DNA from: Acanthaster planci
Lineage: Eukaryota
DNA length: 64,000 nt
NCBI RefSeq assembly: GCF_001949145.1
Contig: NW_019091361.1
Coordinates: 1,652,866-1,716,865, forward strand
Direction: 5' to 3'
This document shows, one piece after another, positions 36,701-49,800 of the stretch (the first letter of the stretch is position 1; each line of letters starts with the position of its first letter). The notes under the pieces are model-generated. The model saw only the letters and a program-made list of their open reading frames with translations, did not search any database and was not told the origin of the DNA. A program made the position numbers and the translations under genes.

Positions 36701-39700
36701 GAGGACATGGGATGAAAGGCAGGGATTTGCTTTAAAATATCGCCCCTCCACTCTTTCATTTTACCACTAGACCCAGCTTGCCCTCAGGAAATTCCCCACC
36801 CAATGGGGAAAAATGTTTTGCCCTCCCCCTTGGAAAAAATCGTGGCGATGTCCATGTACACCGAGTAGTTGGTGTAACTACTAGGGGACTCGTGGCACAA
36901 CCCCCCCCCCTGTGTTCCCTCTTGAAATATTGAAATGTATACACAGCCTATGTACGGACCTATGCTTTCAATCTGTGCCCCTTGGAAACATTTTTGCGTC
37001 CCATGCACGGGTGCCCCCTCAGTAATTTCATCCTCCAATACCCAACTGCGTGGTTGCACAATCCAGTCGGCTTTATGTCTTTGACTTCACCATGACTCGT
37101 TGGCGCACTGCGATGAGATACCCTTTCTAGCATGGGCGTAAGTCCCGGGGATGATGGGGGTATACATCCCCCACTTTTTGAGGGCGGGTGGGCTATTGAA
37201 TCATTCCCCCTACTTTTTGTGATGATAAATAATCTAAGGCGGATTGTGAAGAGTTTTCAGGATTTCCCAACCACTAATATGTTTGCAATATCACTACAAA
37301 GGGAAACCAATTTCTTAAAAGCCATAAATATACTATTCTGATGTAAGATTCTGCATGAATTTGATACACATTACAGATGTGCATATTCATCATGAACATC
37401 GCCCCCTATATAGTGTATATGGTGTAGCCCCCCCCCCCCCCCGCTTTTCAGATTTCATGGCCGGGCAAGTCATCCCCCACCTTTCCCATCCCCTGTTCCC
37501 CCTATTTCCAACGCAGATTTACGCCACTGCTATCTAGTTAGAGACGATGAGATTGGAGGTCGAGATTTAAAGACGTGCATAATCCTTCATTGCGTACCCT
37601 CCATCTCGTGTCATCCCAATGTACACTGGCGGAGATCCATCACAGAAAATGTTGTATCCCAATCTACAAGGACGGCATGCATTGCAGAAGATCCACGGAT
37701 AGACAACCACGCGATCTCCCAACTTCAAACCACTCTGGCTGTCGTCCTTGGTGGCTCTCTCATCCAGAGAGAAAAGAATGCCTGATATTTCATGTCCTGA
37801 CATCAGAGGCAAGTAGAAGACAATCATCATAATGTCATGGTTCATCCTGTTTACAATATTAGATCTTGTCAGTGCTATAATGCTTGAAAATCAGAAATCT
37901 TTCATTCTTTCCAGTAACCCTTAGAGGGGGTTTTGGCATGGGATAGTTTCTAGGACTGCATGAAATACTTCTTCTTGGAATCCTAAATTTTTGACAGAAT
38001 TTATTTCACGCGATAACAGGGATGAAAGTTTGCGCATGCGCAATGAAAGTATAAACAGAATGCACGTAACGTGTATAGCCAATAAGCAACTACAAAACTC
38101 AAGGGCAGATCGGGGAGGGGGGTAACGGGGGCCATGCCCCGCCCCCTCTCAAAAAGATGAGGATATTTATAATCAATCAGAGTGAAGATATTTAGCGTCT
38201 GAAATTGAGCTTGTTTTGTATGGACAGAGCCATTTTGTTCAGGAAATTGCTTCATAGCAGCTGTTTAATTGCGACTGGTGCGATCGATTATTAAATGCAC
38301 CGGGGACGGTGCTTACTTGTTTTACCCCCCCCCCCGGGTCTGTATCTGGCCTTGCAAAGACTTGATGACACTTGACTTTCATGTTGTAAAAAGGACAAAC
38401 CCAACAGACTTTCATTTGATTGCTTCTCAAAAAATACCAATACAATCTATCAACTGCATTTCTAAAAGACATGTTGGATGAATGCATGTTTTCATTAAGT
38501 AAAGCAATGGCCACATATCACCACATCCATTAGTTCAGTAAGACAAATACTGGACTGCCATTTCATTTTGACTTAGAACCTCAGTTTGCGAATGAGGGTA
38601 AACTAGATAAATCGGGAAGATAATTAATTGGTTTGGATCGGTTTGGTTCCGTGCAATCGAAGTATTCCTTTATAGTCTAAAATTTCCATACCTGGTACAC
38701 ACGGGTACAAGAAACCCGGCCGGTCCTGAAATTTCAGTTCTTTCCCACCGCCCAAAGTGTAGCCTCCTTCCCAGAAGTGTACGTCAGTATGGCACACACC
38801 ACTATAGGAAATCTTTGGCAGATTTTAAACAAAATTGTATTCATCCAATACATAAAAGCCGAGTGTGATATGAGACTGGTTTTGTTTTGGTTGATAATTT
38901 CGTCTGTCGTTCAGGATCAGATCTGTATCAGGGGAAAGATGAAGTCAGGACAAAATATACGAGTCTGTAGCTTATCCTCTTTGTGTTGTTAACCCAAAAT
39001 TTGCTCACAGAAAGATTCTTTAGTAAGAAAACTTAGCTCACTCGCTTTCTGTCATGAACTAAAATAATAAATCACTAAAGTAAACAAAGTTTACAATAGC
39101 AAATTATCCAAACTTCTAGAGAAAAATCAGGGCAGAAATACAGCTTTATTCATAAAAACTATTCTGATGTGGATGACATCAATCAGACCTGTCCAGTTAC
39201 TCGTATCGCGAGTATCAATAAGGCAACATACAGCCCACGTCAAACATTATAACCCAGCACACATGAGTCACACTGGCGTTTGAAGTCCCGGACCCGCCCC
39301 TTCCGATTGGCGGCTCAGCTGCGGAATAGAGTACTTCGAGAACTTCAGCTGTGACATTGTGAATCCTTAAAGCCAACACGATCAAACCTGAAATTACAAC
39401 CTTGGGAACTTTGTGACCGTCCACAGTTTAGCGAAAGAGGAATAAAGGGGTCGTCTATGGTTTCACTTACATTACCACATGCACAATGTTGTCTTATCAC
39501 GAAGTTTGTACCATAGCCAATTTGCGATGTATTTCAAGACTTAACAAAATGGTTCTCATTGATCATTTAAACTGATTTCCAGGGACACCTCTCTACACGC
39601 ACTGTCGATGACTGATGGGTAAAACATCACCGTGCATATTAATACCAAGTCTACGTGGAAAAGCTATTTGAACAAAAACTATTGAATCTGAACTACAAAG

Positions 39701-40258
39701 TAACGGTTCGTTTGTTCCTCTGTATCGGGGCTCCCTCTTCTGCCATTAATTTATTAGAATAATAATATCATATCAGTTAATCATATCAGTTATATAATAT
39801 CAGTTCTATTTTTAAACCTCTCCTTTTGTAAAATATTGTCTAACTAACCGACGTCACGCTAGAATGCAACGTAATTTGATGTGCGCTAAAGAGGACAAAC
39901 TATGGTAGCTCATCACAAACGCCGCGCAAAATCTTTTGCAATAATATACGAAATAAGATCAGAATGATTTTGCAGTTGTGGTAGCGCTGAAGAGAAAAAA
40001 AAACCTAGGCATTAATCGATCCTAAAAGCTGCATGATTCACAGCCATCTTCGTGCAACAGTCCATGAAAATCGACTCTCTCGTGAACTTAGTCAACGCAC
40101 ATAATAGGCCTACAGTTTAAGACTCGGTCCAGGCATCCATACTTCCCTTATGCTCAACAAACCTTTACGACAGCTCCGCCATCCGGGGCTTTTGGAATCG
40201 GATAATCGTCAAGGAAGACTAGGGGCTTCCCAGGCGCTGTCACGCGGATGCACTTCAT
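33753..40258 (-). CDS. Zn-dependent alcohol dehydrogenase (MDR superfamily), paralogue C, 8 exons, 384 aa
   Basis: Exons (minus strand) 40258-40163, 38812-38692, 37796-37598, 36416-36256, 35519-35410, 35234-35043, 34754-34605, 33878-33753. All introns GT-AG; 1155 nt open frame. Motifs: GVCHTDVHFWEGGYTLGGGK, GHE, CNACRPC-x7-C, LLPCSGLTAYHAV, GAGGLG, IICADVK, GLLGGE, GQIIGRAIL. Confidence 0.95.
37131..37529 (+). mobile_element. hAT-like MITE with 8-bp target-site duplication (intron 3 of gene C)
   Basis: Ends catgggcgtaagtc / gatttacgccactg are imperfect TIRs. Flanks ctttctag (37123-37130) and ctatctag (37530-37537) match at 7 of 8 positions. 8-bp TSDs are typical of hAT elements. Confidence 0.7.
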
Positions 40259-43107
40259 GGCTATGAGTTTTGTCTTCGAAAGGCGGGGAACAACCTGATT
40301 TGCCTGACGTGGGTGCTATGCCCTACATAGCCTGCCATGCATAAAACATAATACACAGAGGTTGCTGAGGCCGCAGTTCAAATCATGACAGTATAAAGCC
40401 GCCTAGCGGCTCAAGAAAGAAAACTCTGCTAAAACGTGTTATAACCATGGGCGCAATTCGAGTGTGCACGTTAATGCATGGGTGTGCCTGTTGCGGCGCC
40501 TGCGCCTGCGCATTAACATGCATTGCGCAGGCATAGCCCAACCCAAACGGCGCCCGTGCGATTACGGTGCACGATGTTTCACCCTCATTCAACGTGTGGA
40601 AATTAACGACTTCGACCTTGCGCGGTCGTTACTTGACCAGACCCTCGTGAACCATACGGGAATGTCCTTTTCGTTTTGAAGACTTCGTTTGCACAAAGTT
40701 AACAAACAATCACGTTGAAACTCTTTAAATGTGCTGTAGAAGGTTTAAACCGAATAAAACACTACAGAATCGTGAAAAGAAACGCTACATAAATGTGAAA
40801 TTTAGCCTCAAAGTGGTTGCTAAGATGACAGATTATTTCCATTTTCAATCAATCACTTGGTCTTTTTTTCCACTAAATTTCTCAATTTTAGAAGTCTTTC
40901 CAGAAGAGTGAGACACTGCATACGACAGGCCAGAATCTCAACTACACAATACAATCAGTTCTATGTAGCTAGATTTGTTTGTTCGACTTTCGTGACTTAT
41001 ATTTGATACTTCTGCGCAGCACGAGCAATACGTGTTTTACATGCACAAAACCGATCCAGCCACCGTGACGTACCGTGCACGGTACACTGCGGCCTGTTGT
41101 TATACGCGTACCACGGCGTACATGTGACAGGAACATGGAAATTTTCGACCGAGCCGGTGTGTATGTGTTCATGTGGTTCATGCGTGTACACACAGTACAT
41201 GTAAAACAGGGGGATAAATACCGTAAATTTCAACATTCTCCTGGCAATTTTATAATGACAGATAGACCCCGGTTTCATGCTAACTTACTGTACTTTTTGT
41301 TCGTCTTTCGTTCCCGAGTCACTGAATTCGTACGCTCGCAAGTTTATGCGGGATGAACGGAATCGGGGAGAGAAAAAAAATTATCCGAAGGCCGTCAGCA
41401 AATCTAAAACCTTCACACCTTTCTCAATCATAGTCCACTTTTGAAAACTTCAGTAAAACTTCGAATTCTTTTTTTAAGCCTTCAGAAATCGCATCAAAAC
41501 GTAAAGAAACTACTGCTTACGAAAAGAGCTTTTCACTCATTAATAATATGAGCCAAAGGGGTTACAATAAGACATGCCATAATCTGGAGGGATCATAAAA
41601 ATATTTCAATGAATCCCGAATTTGGGACGGATAGTTTCCAGTTCGGGCAATTTTTTTTTCACAAAAAGCCCCAAAATTAATTGCGGACCTATTTTGGACA
41701 GAGGAGGGCGGCTACATTCAGTTTTACTACTATTTGGGGGGTATCTTTGGGGCAATGTGGTTTTGCACTGTTTTCTATGGCGCGTATGTGGTGTAGTGCA
41801 ACCTACAACAATTTACGCGTATTCATGAAATCTTCATATTACGTTCTTTGGTTCAAATTGCCAAGCTGATACACACGTACATTGTATGTGCATGCCCCAC
41901 GGAGACAACGTTCATTACAAGTGCGTATGCGCATTTCATTTTCAAGCTGACAACGATTTTCGTGCAAGCAGACGACATTACAGCGCTGAATTTTTCAACG
42001 ACTGACCTCGTAAAATACCAAAGTGGGGAGGAAGAAATAAATTTCGAGAGGATCTTATCACAAACAACACAAAATTTTCTTCTATTAGTAAGATTTTTAA
42101 ATAACGACAAATCCAAGAATAGTATAAAACATGGATTTTACGGCCCCTTTCTAACAACGAAAAACTTTTTGCACTAATTTCATCAAATTTGTAATAGAAA
42201 ATGAGTTTTCTGAGACAAAAATCTACCACCAAATTTAAGATTCACCCTTAATTCATTGATTTCGGGCATTTGTTTTGAATCCACCGGATATTTTTGTAAG
42301 AATCATGTCATTTTGAATTACCCCCAAATCGTATCGATCCCCCACAGTGCACGAAAATTCAAGGCCATTTTGTATCCATTTTTATTACCAAAATGGTATA
42401 TCCAACATTAGGACGATGATTTTCTGTTGATTGTACGAATTTCGTTAGTACTGATGCCATTTCATAAGGTAGAACCGTTAAATTAGTAACATTCCCTGTT
42501 CATCACTTCCGCTGCTGTGAACACTGACCAGTGCGGTACCGAGACGTCGAAGTCGTCGCGTCTTCCCAAGCACATGTTCATGAGCATGACGCGTACTCTT
42601 GTAAACACGCATACACGCCACTACAAGAATATTACTCAGAAGTCTGCCCTTACAAGAGTATAGCGCAAGTGTATCCTCTTTTTGCCAAAGGTTTGTCAAA
42701 GCAATGATTCCTGACTCAAAAAAATAAATTAATTGGGACATAATTTTTTTAGACGAAGTATTTGACGTATGTTTCTATAACAAATTTCTGGATTTGCACG
42801 ATTTGGTGCGAAGATTTGGTTCGATCAAATTCAAACTCATTTTACAATTTTTTTACGGCGGATTCCCGGTTTTTGAGTGCAATGGATTTAGACAGTCTTC
42901 TAGTTTTCATGAATCAAGTTTTTATAACCAGGAAAAGCTGTTTTTAATAGACATTTGTCAAATTTGGCAACACTCTATGATTCAGGTGAAAAATAAATAA
43001 TTTGTGAGTTATTTAAAGCAACATTAGGGGCCAATTTTTTCCATTTTTTTAGGCAGGACACAAATCAGTGCTATTGAAAAATAAAACGGTTAATTTGATT
43101 TGGATTT

Positions 43108-43643
43108 AATAGAAAGTAGGTTTGCGGTAGCACCATGGACGTATCTCTTTTGTGAGTATTTGCGGTTCTGAAAAGAACCAGTGGTTGAGATTTACAAGAA
43201 CAGAACAGTTCCGCAAGACACAGGCTTCATCATATGTGACATCTGGCGCCCCATCCTCAACCCTTCTTAGTTCGCCTTATGGGTCCTCCATACCCTTGGC
43301 ACCCATGTTTACCCATCCACACCCCCATCAGTACTGCCACACCTGAGTAAGTTTATCGCCACGCATTACCGAGCCAACCTAATCCCTTCTCCAGAGTTCC
43401 CGCCTTCACGCATCATCGGACTAATCCCTGTCTCCAGAATCCTCCACCAGACAACTTAAGCTCCACTCCCAGTCAGTATCCGGCATTCTCCTAATGAACA
43501 GCAGAGCACACTGCTTGAAACGTCGAGTGCTACTAGTTCTTTTCAGAACCGCAAGTACTCACAAAAGAGACACGTCCATGGTGCTGCCGCAAACCTACTT
43601 TCTATTATACCTCTTCACCATGCAAACCTTCAAGACTTATTTA
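43108..43643 (+). mobile_element. 5'-truncated Penelope-like retroelement with inverted pLTR segment
   Basis: About 75-bp inverted repeats at 43107-43183 and 43531-43607. The ORF tail 43184-43270 (VEIYKNRTVPQDTGFIICDIWRPILNPS*) resembles the C-terminus of Penelope GIY-YIG domains. Hammerhead-like motif in the 3' region. Candidate TSD atttggattt at 43098-43107 and 43644-43653. Confidence 0.78.
43482..43531 (+). ncRNA. Minimal type I hammerhead ribozyme (G5-to-A core variant) inside the Penelope-like element
   Basis: gca-tt-ctc CTAATGA a c agcag agcaca ctgct t GAAAC GTC gag tgc. Stem I is ctc/gag plus gca/tgc, stem II is agcag/ctgct, followed by GAAAC-GUC. The core reads CUAAUGA instead of CUGAUGA. 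Confidence 0.65.
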
Positions 43644-44915
43644 ATTTGGATTTGAAATGAAAAATCTAAGTATTTGTGCTCCGTTTACTGGAAATCTATT
43701 CCCAAAGATGGCACTTCATTTTGCAATCAGATCTAGAGCGCGCGAAATCAGACATGCGCGTTTTGGTAATGAGCGCCATGAACATAATTGTACAACATAG
43801 CCTACGGGTGAGAGATAACGCGTAACGACACACAGCTGTGGTTGTGAATGTAGCTCGGTAATGTAGGGTGGTTTACATTCAAATGCAAAGAATACATTTA
43901 TTATGTATATTATCAAGGGCTGTTGAACATTAAACTACAATACACGCATAGACCCTTTACACACAGCATTTTCAAATCGTTTAACGAAACCGACTCAAAA
44001 TGTCAGAATTCAGTTACAGTTGGCAAAGAGACTCTGCCAATGTGATAACAAAGTGTACACAAAACAGGTCACATCTCTGGGATTGATCACTTACCATGGC
44101 AACAAGGAATAAAACAATGAAAATTACAGGAGAAGTGGCACTCACGTTCGTGTGGGTTTAGTTCGGGCTGCACAGAGACAACGATTTGTACGTACGCCCA
44201 ACGTATGTTCATGCCACCAGTTTGTGCTCATGCGTACTGAATCCCACTACAGCCAGAAGCCTGTGAAATGGCTCTTGACTCAGACAGGTGGACCTTAAAA
44301 GTAATCGATCAACATCAAGCTCAGATATAGTTGTTTGGCTCTTAATTCTATACCGATTAGTATTTAAACACTCAAAGTCCCCTTTTGCTAACTTGCACAC
44401 GATAAATATCCGTTTTCTGCCAAATTTTGCCCGTCTTTCTTACGTACCTCCAAAATAACAGAATCAGAAGTTTGAAGTGAAGCCAACATTTCAGAGGGGA
44501 TTTTTTTTTTCAGTTTTCCCGAGATTTCCCTGACATTTCTCTACATGTGAATAGTGAGGAATATCATTAACGTTCCAATGAGAAAGTATCTTGCAGAAGG
44601 AAACCCTATGGATGAAAACGGAAAGTTTCTGTTTGGGCCTTTTAGTCGGCAATTTGACGTCGTGGTACGTATTAGTGCACTGCAGTAAAAGTTAACTCGT
44701 ACCGAAACGCACTCGCCCCCAGGTGTGTATGGCGTATCTTATTTTTGACCGCTGTCCGGTCATAACGGACTCAGTACGGAAGTTTGAATCCGCATGAAAA
44801 ACGAACCGCATTTCAGACGAATGGCTATCGATCTTGAAGAAATGAAACCGATGGATACAAACAATTCGTGAGTCTTCCAGACAGTTATCATCGATGACCT
44901 GAGGGGAATTCGACA

Positions 44916-44989
44916 GTATATATATTGATAAACACTGTATGCGGTACTGTATGCTCAGTACCGCATACAGTGTTTATCAATATATATAC
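44916..44989. repeat. Perfect 34-bp inverted repeat with 6-nt spacer (collapsed TA-flanked MITE)
   Basis: gtatatatattgataaacactgtatgcggtactg - tatgct - exact reverse complement. Confidence 0.92.
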
Positions 44990-45574
44990 CTTGGGTAAGG
45001 GCAAAACCCGTCATATAAATTAACCGCTACAATGTTAGACGGCATTATACCTTAGGACAGTGGCTATAGCATCAAGTGGAAGTGGAGAAGTAAACAGAGC
45101 GAGTTAAGATAAAAAGTTTGGACAGTCCGTTTGCTTATGTAATAAGCTACAGCCCCCATCCGCCCATATTTGTGGGAACAACAACGTGGGGACAATGCCC
45201 CCCCCCTTGGTCTTAATTTGCCAAAGAAAACAGTGTAAAAGTAAAGACTTAACGCGGGATGGGACTGCAGAAACCCCTCAGTCTTCAGAAGCTTGAAGGG
45301 AGCAGTCACAAAATAATCGTGGGGATGGCGAGATCAGTTGTTCAGATTTCCACTGCAACACATTTATTTCACGGAAAACTATCACAAAAGTTTTCTAAAT
45401 GAACAATATGACGGAAATGTCTACACAAGTTAATGAGGGACTCCATCAAAGAATTGACCAAATGTCCAATGCAGTATTCAACACTATTTAAGATGTCAGT
45501 TACTGATGACTTCCAAAAACTTTGATGACCGTGCTCAAATGACCAAGACCATATATTTGTACTAGTTAACACGG

Positions 45575-45794
45575 TAGCTATTCAGGTATAACCTGTGAGG
45601 GCAGATATGGTAGTTTAGCCGTTTGCGCCAGAATGGCAGCACCAGGCTAGTATACTCCCCAGGGAGCTGAGATGGTTTCAGGAATGTTCAGATGATGTGT
45701 GAGCCCAATGTGCAGGGATAATGATCATACAGCATCTCGGAATGGTTTGCTAGATAGATGGAGCTTTACAAGTGCTTGTTATTATTATTATTAT
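45575..45794 (+). mobile_element. SINE 3' fragment (Nin-domain-like core, (ATT)n tail)
   Basis: tgcgccagaatggcagc..ggctagtatactccccagggagctgagatgg resembles the invertebrate Nin-domain SINE core as I recall it. It ends in gttattattattattat, typical of L2-mobilised SINEs. Confidence 0.55.
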
Positions 45795-46870
45795 AACCAA
45801 AAGCAATCATCAAACTTTCAAAAGAAAGAATAAAAATAAACCGACTGAACAAGGAAACCAGATGGAAGTAAGAAAAACAAAACACAATCTTCAAAGAAAG
45901 TTATACTAAATCAAAACACACCCCAGTTTAAATAACCGAATACAGAAAAAAAGAGAACTTCCAGTTAACCATAATGAGGATAACATATGCGGCAAAGTAA
46001 AACGGAACAAATTAAAGAATATTAAAAAAAATCAAACATCAAATATTACAATTAAAGCGAATCAAACATCAAGCGCGAAACATCTTTCAAGCACAACTAA
46101 GGGCTAAAGTGTTGAAGACTATAGTCCTAACAGCAAACTATATGTACTTAACAAATTTGAATTACAGTCATTTAACATAAAGCAAGGCAAACTCAGAAGT
46201 TGACTGGTACATAGCTTTTAAAAGAATAACTGCTTTTTAATAAAATATGTTAGTTTGCCAAAACAGCGAAAATTTTACCATATCATCACATAAAGCGCAA
46301 ACAATGGACCCCAAACAAAGACTGTAGCCACAGATGCAATGCACTCAGAATTAAAGCCGTCGTTCCAGTGGTCCTGGTCAAACTATGTTTTCTGTTACCC
46401 TTCCCAGTTTCCCCTGCCACAGACGACTTAGCATTCCTGCAACCCTGTGCCTGCCCCCCCCCCAAAAAAGAAAACCGGCACCTCAGCCACGCAGATAAAC
46501 GGAAAACTGTCATGATATATTCAAAACTGCCAAGCTCTTAAATCATCACAAAAAGCGTAAACTGATAAGACTTGAAATAATGCCTTATTTTAACAAAAAA
46601 ATGGTTTTCCTGAATGGCATTTTCAAAGTGTGTTTTGAATACAAAAACGCCTTACCCCCTACGTACTCATCAACTAGATGTTACTTGCAAACCTGCATCT
46701 TTGCATACCTAAAGAATACAAATCAGTTTTCATAATTATACATGATTAGTATTTAGAAGACCGATCAGGCAGTCTGGGAAAACATAGCCTATGGATGCGT
46801 TACTAAGGATTTAGGACTTAAAGGACTTCGATTCCATCTTATCTTAGTTTCCACACCGTTTCCAAGGCCG

Positions 46871-49800
46871 CTAATCATCGTTACACTTAAGTATGGCCCG
46901 TCCGACCACCTCCCCCCGTGCCAATTTCTCCATGATTTGGATACCTTCTTCCATTGGATGAACGCTGTACTTCAGGTTTTCGTATATGGACTGGTGAAAA
47001 AAGAGCGGAGAGAAAATGTTGATTAATTTCACAACCCTATACAGCTCCCTAGAGGTAAACGATGTCATTGGTTGCGCACTCGGAAGCCCACTAAGAAGCA
47101 TCCTACGAAGGTTCGATTTACATTGCTTGTAGGCGACCCGCCCCGATCCGGTGTCGTGACCCCAAAAGTATACTTTTAACAGGGAAAGAGGTGAGATTAA
47201 TATTAATCACCGGCATTTTCACGACGAGGTCCACCAGTCTCTTCTGCTGGGTGAGGCTGCCTACTAAGACACCCTTCACACCGTTTGCAGTCATCACCAA
47301 ATCGGGCAGAGAAAACCGTGCCTCACCCCCGAGCAGTCCAGTGACAACGTATTGCCCTTTCTGTATACAGGAGAGATAATTAATGCAATTAGATGCAATC
47401 CATGCATGAAAAGGCAGCATCCCCTCAGACCAACGCAATGCATTGAACACATAAATGCACCGTAAACAGTTCTGCAGTTTCACTGAAGAGAAGACGGTTA
47501 TGTTGGAATACTTGCCGCTTCGTGACGTCTCCCTTACTCAGCCAAAGATAGATTTTTTTCAAAAGAGAAGTGGAAAGGCTACATCTGGGGACTTGAATCG
47601 CAACTTTAGTCTTCCACTTTCAATACCCAAAAAGCCAATTAACTACAAATCAGCAACAATTATGATATCTAAAGATCTTACAGAGGATGGTCCCTTGTAC
47701 GTACACTGCAGACGCGTCTTTGAAATTTTTTGTATTACAAAGTCTTGCGATGTCATCCCTGTTATAGAATATATTTCTCCACTGCATTTACCATAAAAGC
47801 CTGTTCTGTTTCTGCAAAGAAACCTGAATTTTGAGAATGATCCTGCCTCGTTTCATACCTGGAAACTGATGCAATCACGCATGGACATCATAAATATACG
47901 CCCCCGCATGCCGGTATTTTGTCCCCAATTAACAATGCTGAAATTTCCGGCCATCCCAAACTTATAAAATGAAAGCTGCATTGCGTACCGTTTGCAGGGA
48001 CTTCATGGCGACATCAAACGTCTTTGTTACACCGACGAAATCCAGCACGAGGTTCACGCCGTTTCCGGTGCGGGAAGCCGCCTTGACTTGCTGTGCGATG
48101 CTGTCACTGGGCTGGTCTCGACCCATGAGCAACGGCACGGTATCGCGGACACTACTAATAACCCCATCTAACGCTTCTTGCTAGGATACGAAACATCCCC
48201 AAAGTTACTCAGACCAAGAAAATAATTCCATGGAGAGTTTCAATGGTGAAACTTACAAAAGACCAAAAGTGTAAAAGTAAAAGTACATACGAATTTATTC
48301 TTACCAAGATCTCGAGCAACGGACACTGTGATCTGCAGCCTTAGTTACCACGCTGTAGTGGCTTTGCAATGTTAGAAAAGTGGATAACGTCGTCAGAAGA
48401 GGAACATAAAATCCATCTGTGTTATGTATAACCAACACCCCGAGGACCATCACACGACCACATAAAACCATCAAAAGGCGTCCAGTCTGACTCTATGTCA
48501 CAAATACCATCGTCAAACTTTCACCTCGTCCCCTGTGTCTGTTCTTGTGAAAGGCCTCGTTACGGTGTCAACCACAACACCGAGTAAAATGCCCGTCGCA
48601 CAATATACTCCTATCCCGGAAGTGAAGCTGAGTGACTCTTCAAATTCCGTCATCCAGTTCTAAACCTCAGATCACGTACGTTCGTTGTTTTTACACCTAA
48701 CCTATGTATTTGCCTGTGTGTCTAATTAGCGCGTGTGATGTGTTGTCATCACACCAAGGTGCCCTGTCCTACGTGCTACATTATAGTTGTGCTGTGAAGC
48801 TTACACATTTTGTACTGTCTTGCTTAATTAATATCCCTCGAAGATAAAATTCGACAAGCAAATCGCCACGTTAATGTCGTTCAAATTACAGAAAATGCTA
48901 ATCATGCATGCTACCACCAATAATCATCTTTACAAGCTTGGAGAACGATCACTAGACATAGTTTGAGTGTACACAAGTTTAGTTCCGGGATCAGAGTCAT
49001 AGAAAGGAAAATCTGTTTCAGCTAAAGGAGTAAATGTACCTGTGAATTAATTTGCTGACATAAATCTGGGACGTTTTCTGAGTTTCTTCTTCGCCAAGTT
49101 ACAAAAGTCTACAGTTGGCACCAAATAAAGCTATTCCATACCTCTCGTATCATAGTAACAAAGCTATATTTATAAAGCCTGAGGACATAGCTCATATGGT
49201 ATCATGAAACTGAAGATGCAACATCAAGTCGTTGCTTAAATTGGTTGAATACGAAAGTCTTAATTACGACAAGCAATGATACATGCATCGATGGGACCGA
49301 CCAGTTGCGGCAGCATTCGCTGCAGCCGGCTGCAGCCAGAATTTTGGGACAGGAAGCAATCTTTCGAAAGACTAATGGTGAAGCTAACCTTGATTTCTGC
49401 GCAAATGATTTGTGTTTCTGGAGGGTACATAGCCCTAGCTAAGCGAATTCCCCACTGGCCAACTCCACCTGCTCCAATCGCCAAGACAGAACAACCACCT
49501 GCAGAAACAAGCAAACGTTTCACGTCCAAGACGTATTAAATCTGGTCTGGTCACCGTCTCCTTTATAGAGAAAAGTCCTGCAACGAAATCGCATTCATTT
49601 GTTAATTTAAGTGTTAAAAATCTGTAAATTCTATTTAAAACATAACAATTGCTCAGCAAGATTTTGTTTGAGTATGATGTAAACCAACACATTCCCTGCA
49701 AATGGTCGTTTTAGTCAATGAAAACAATTTTGGTGAGGTTATTTGGGGTTTAAGGGTTTCTTTACCATAATTATTGTCATGATGTTGGTACACTTCTCAG

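Noticed and set aside
40501..40512. NRF1-like tgcgcctgcgca motif about 250 nt upstream of gene C
   Set aside because: Similar gcgcatgcgc motifs occur in repeats and introns elsewhere in the window (about 991 and 38031), so function cannot be supported.
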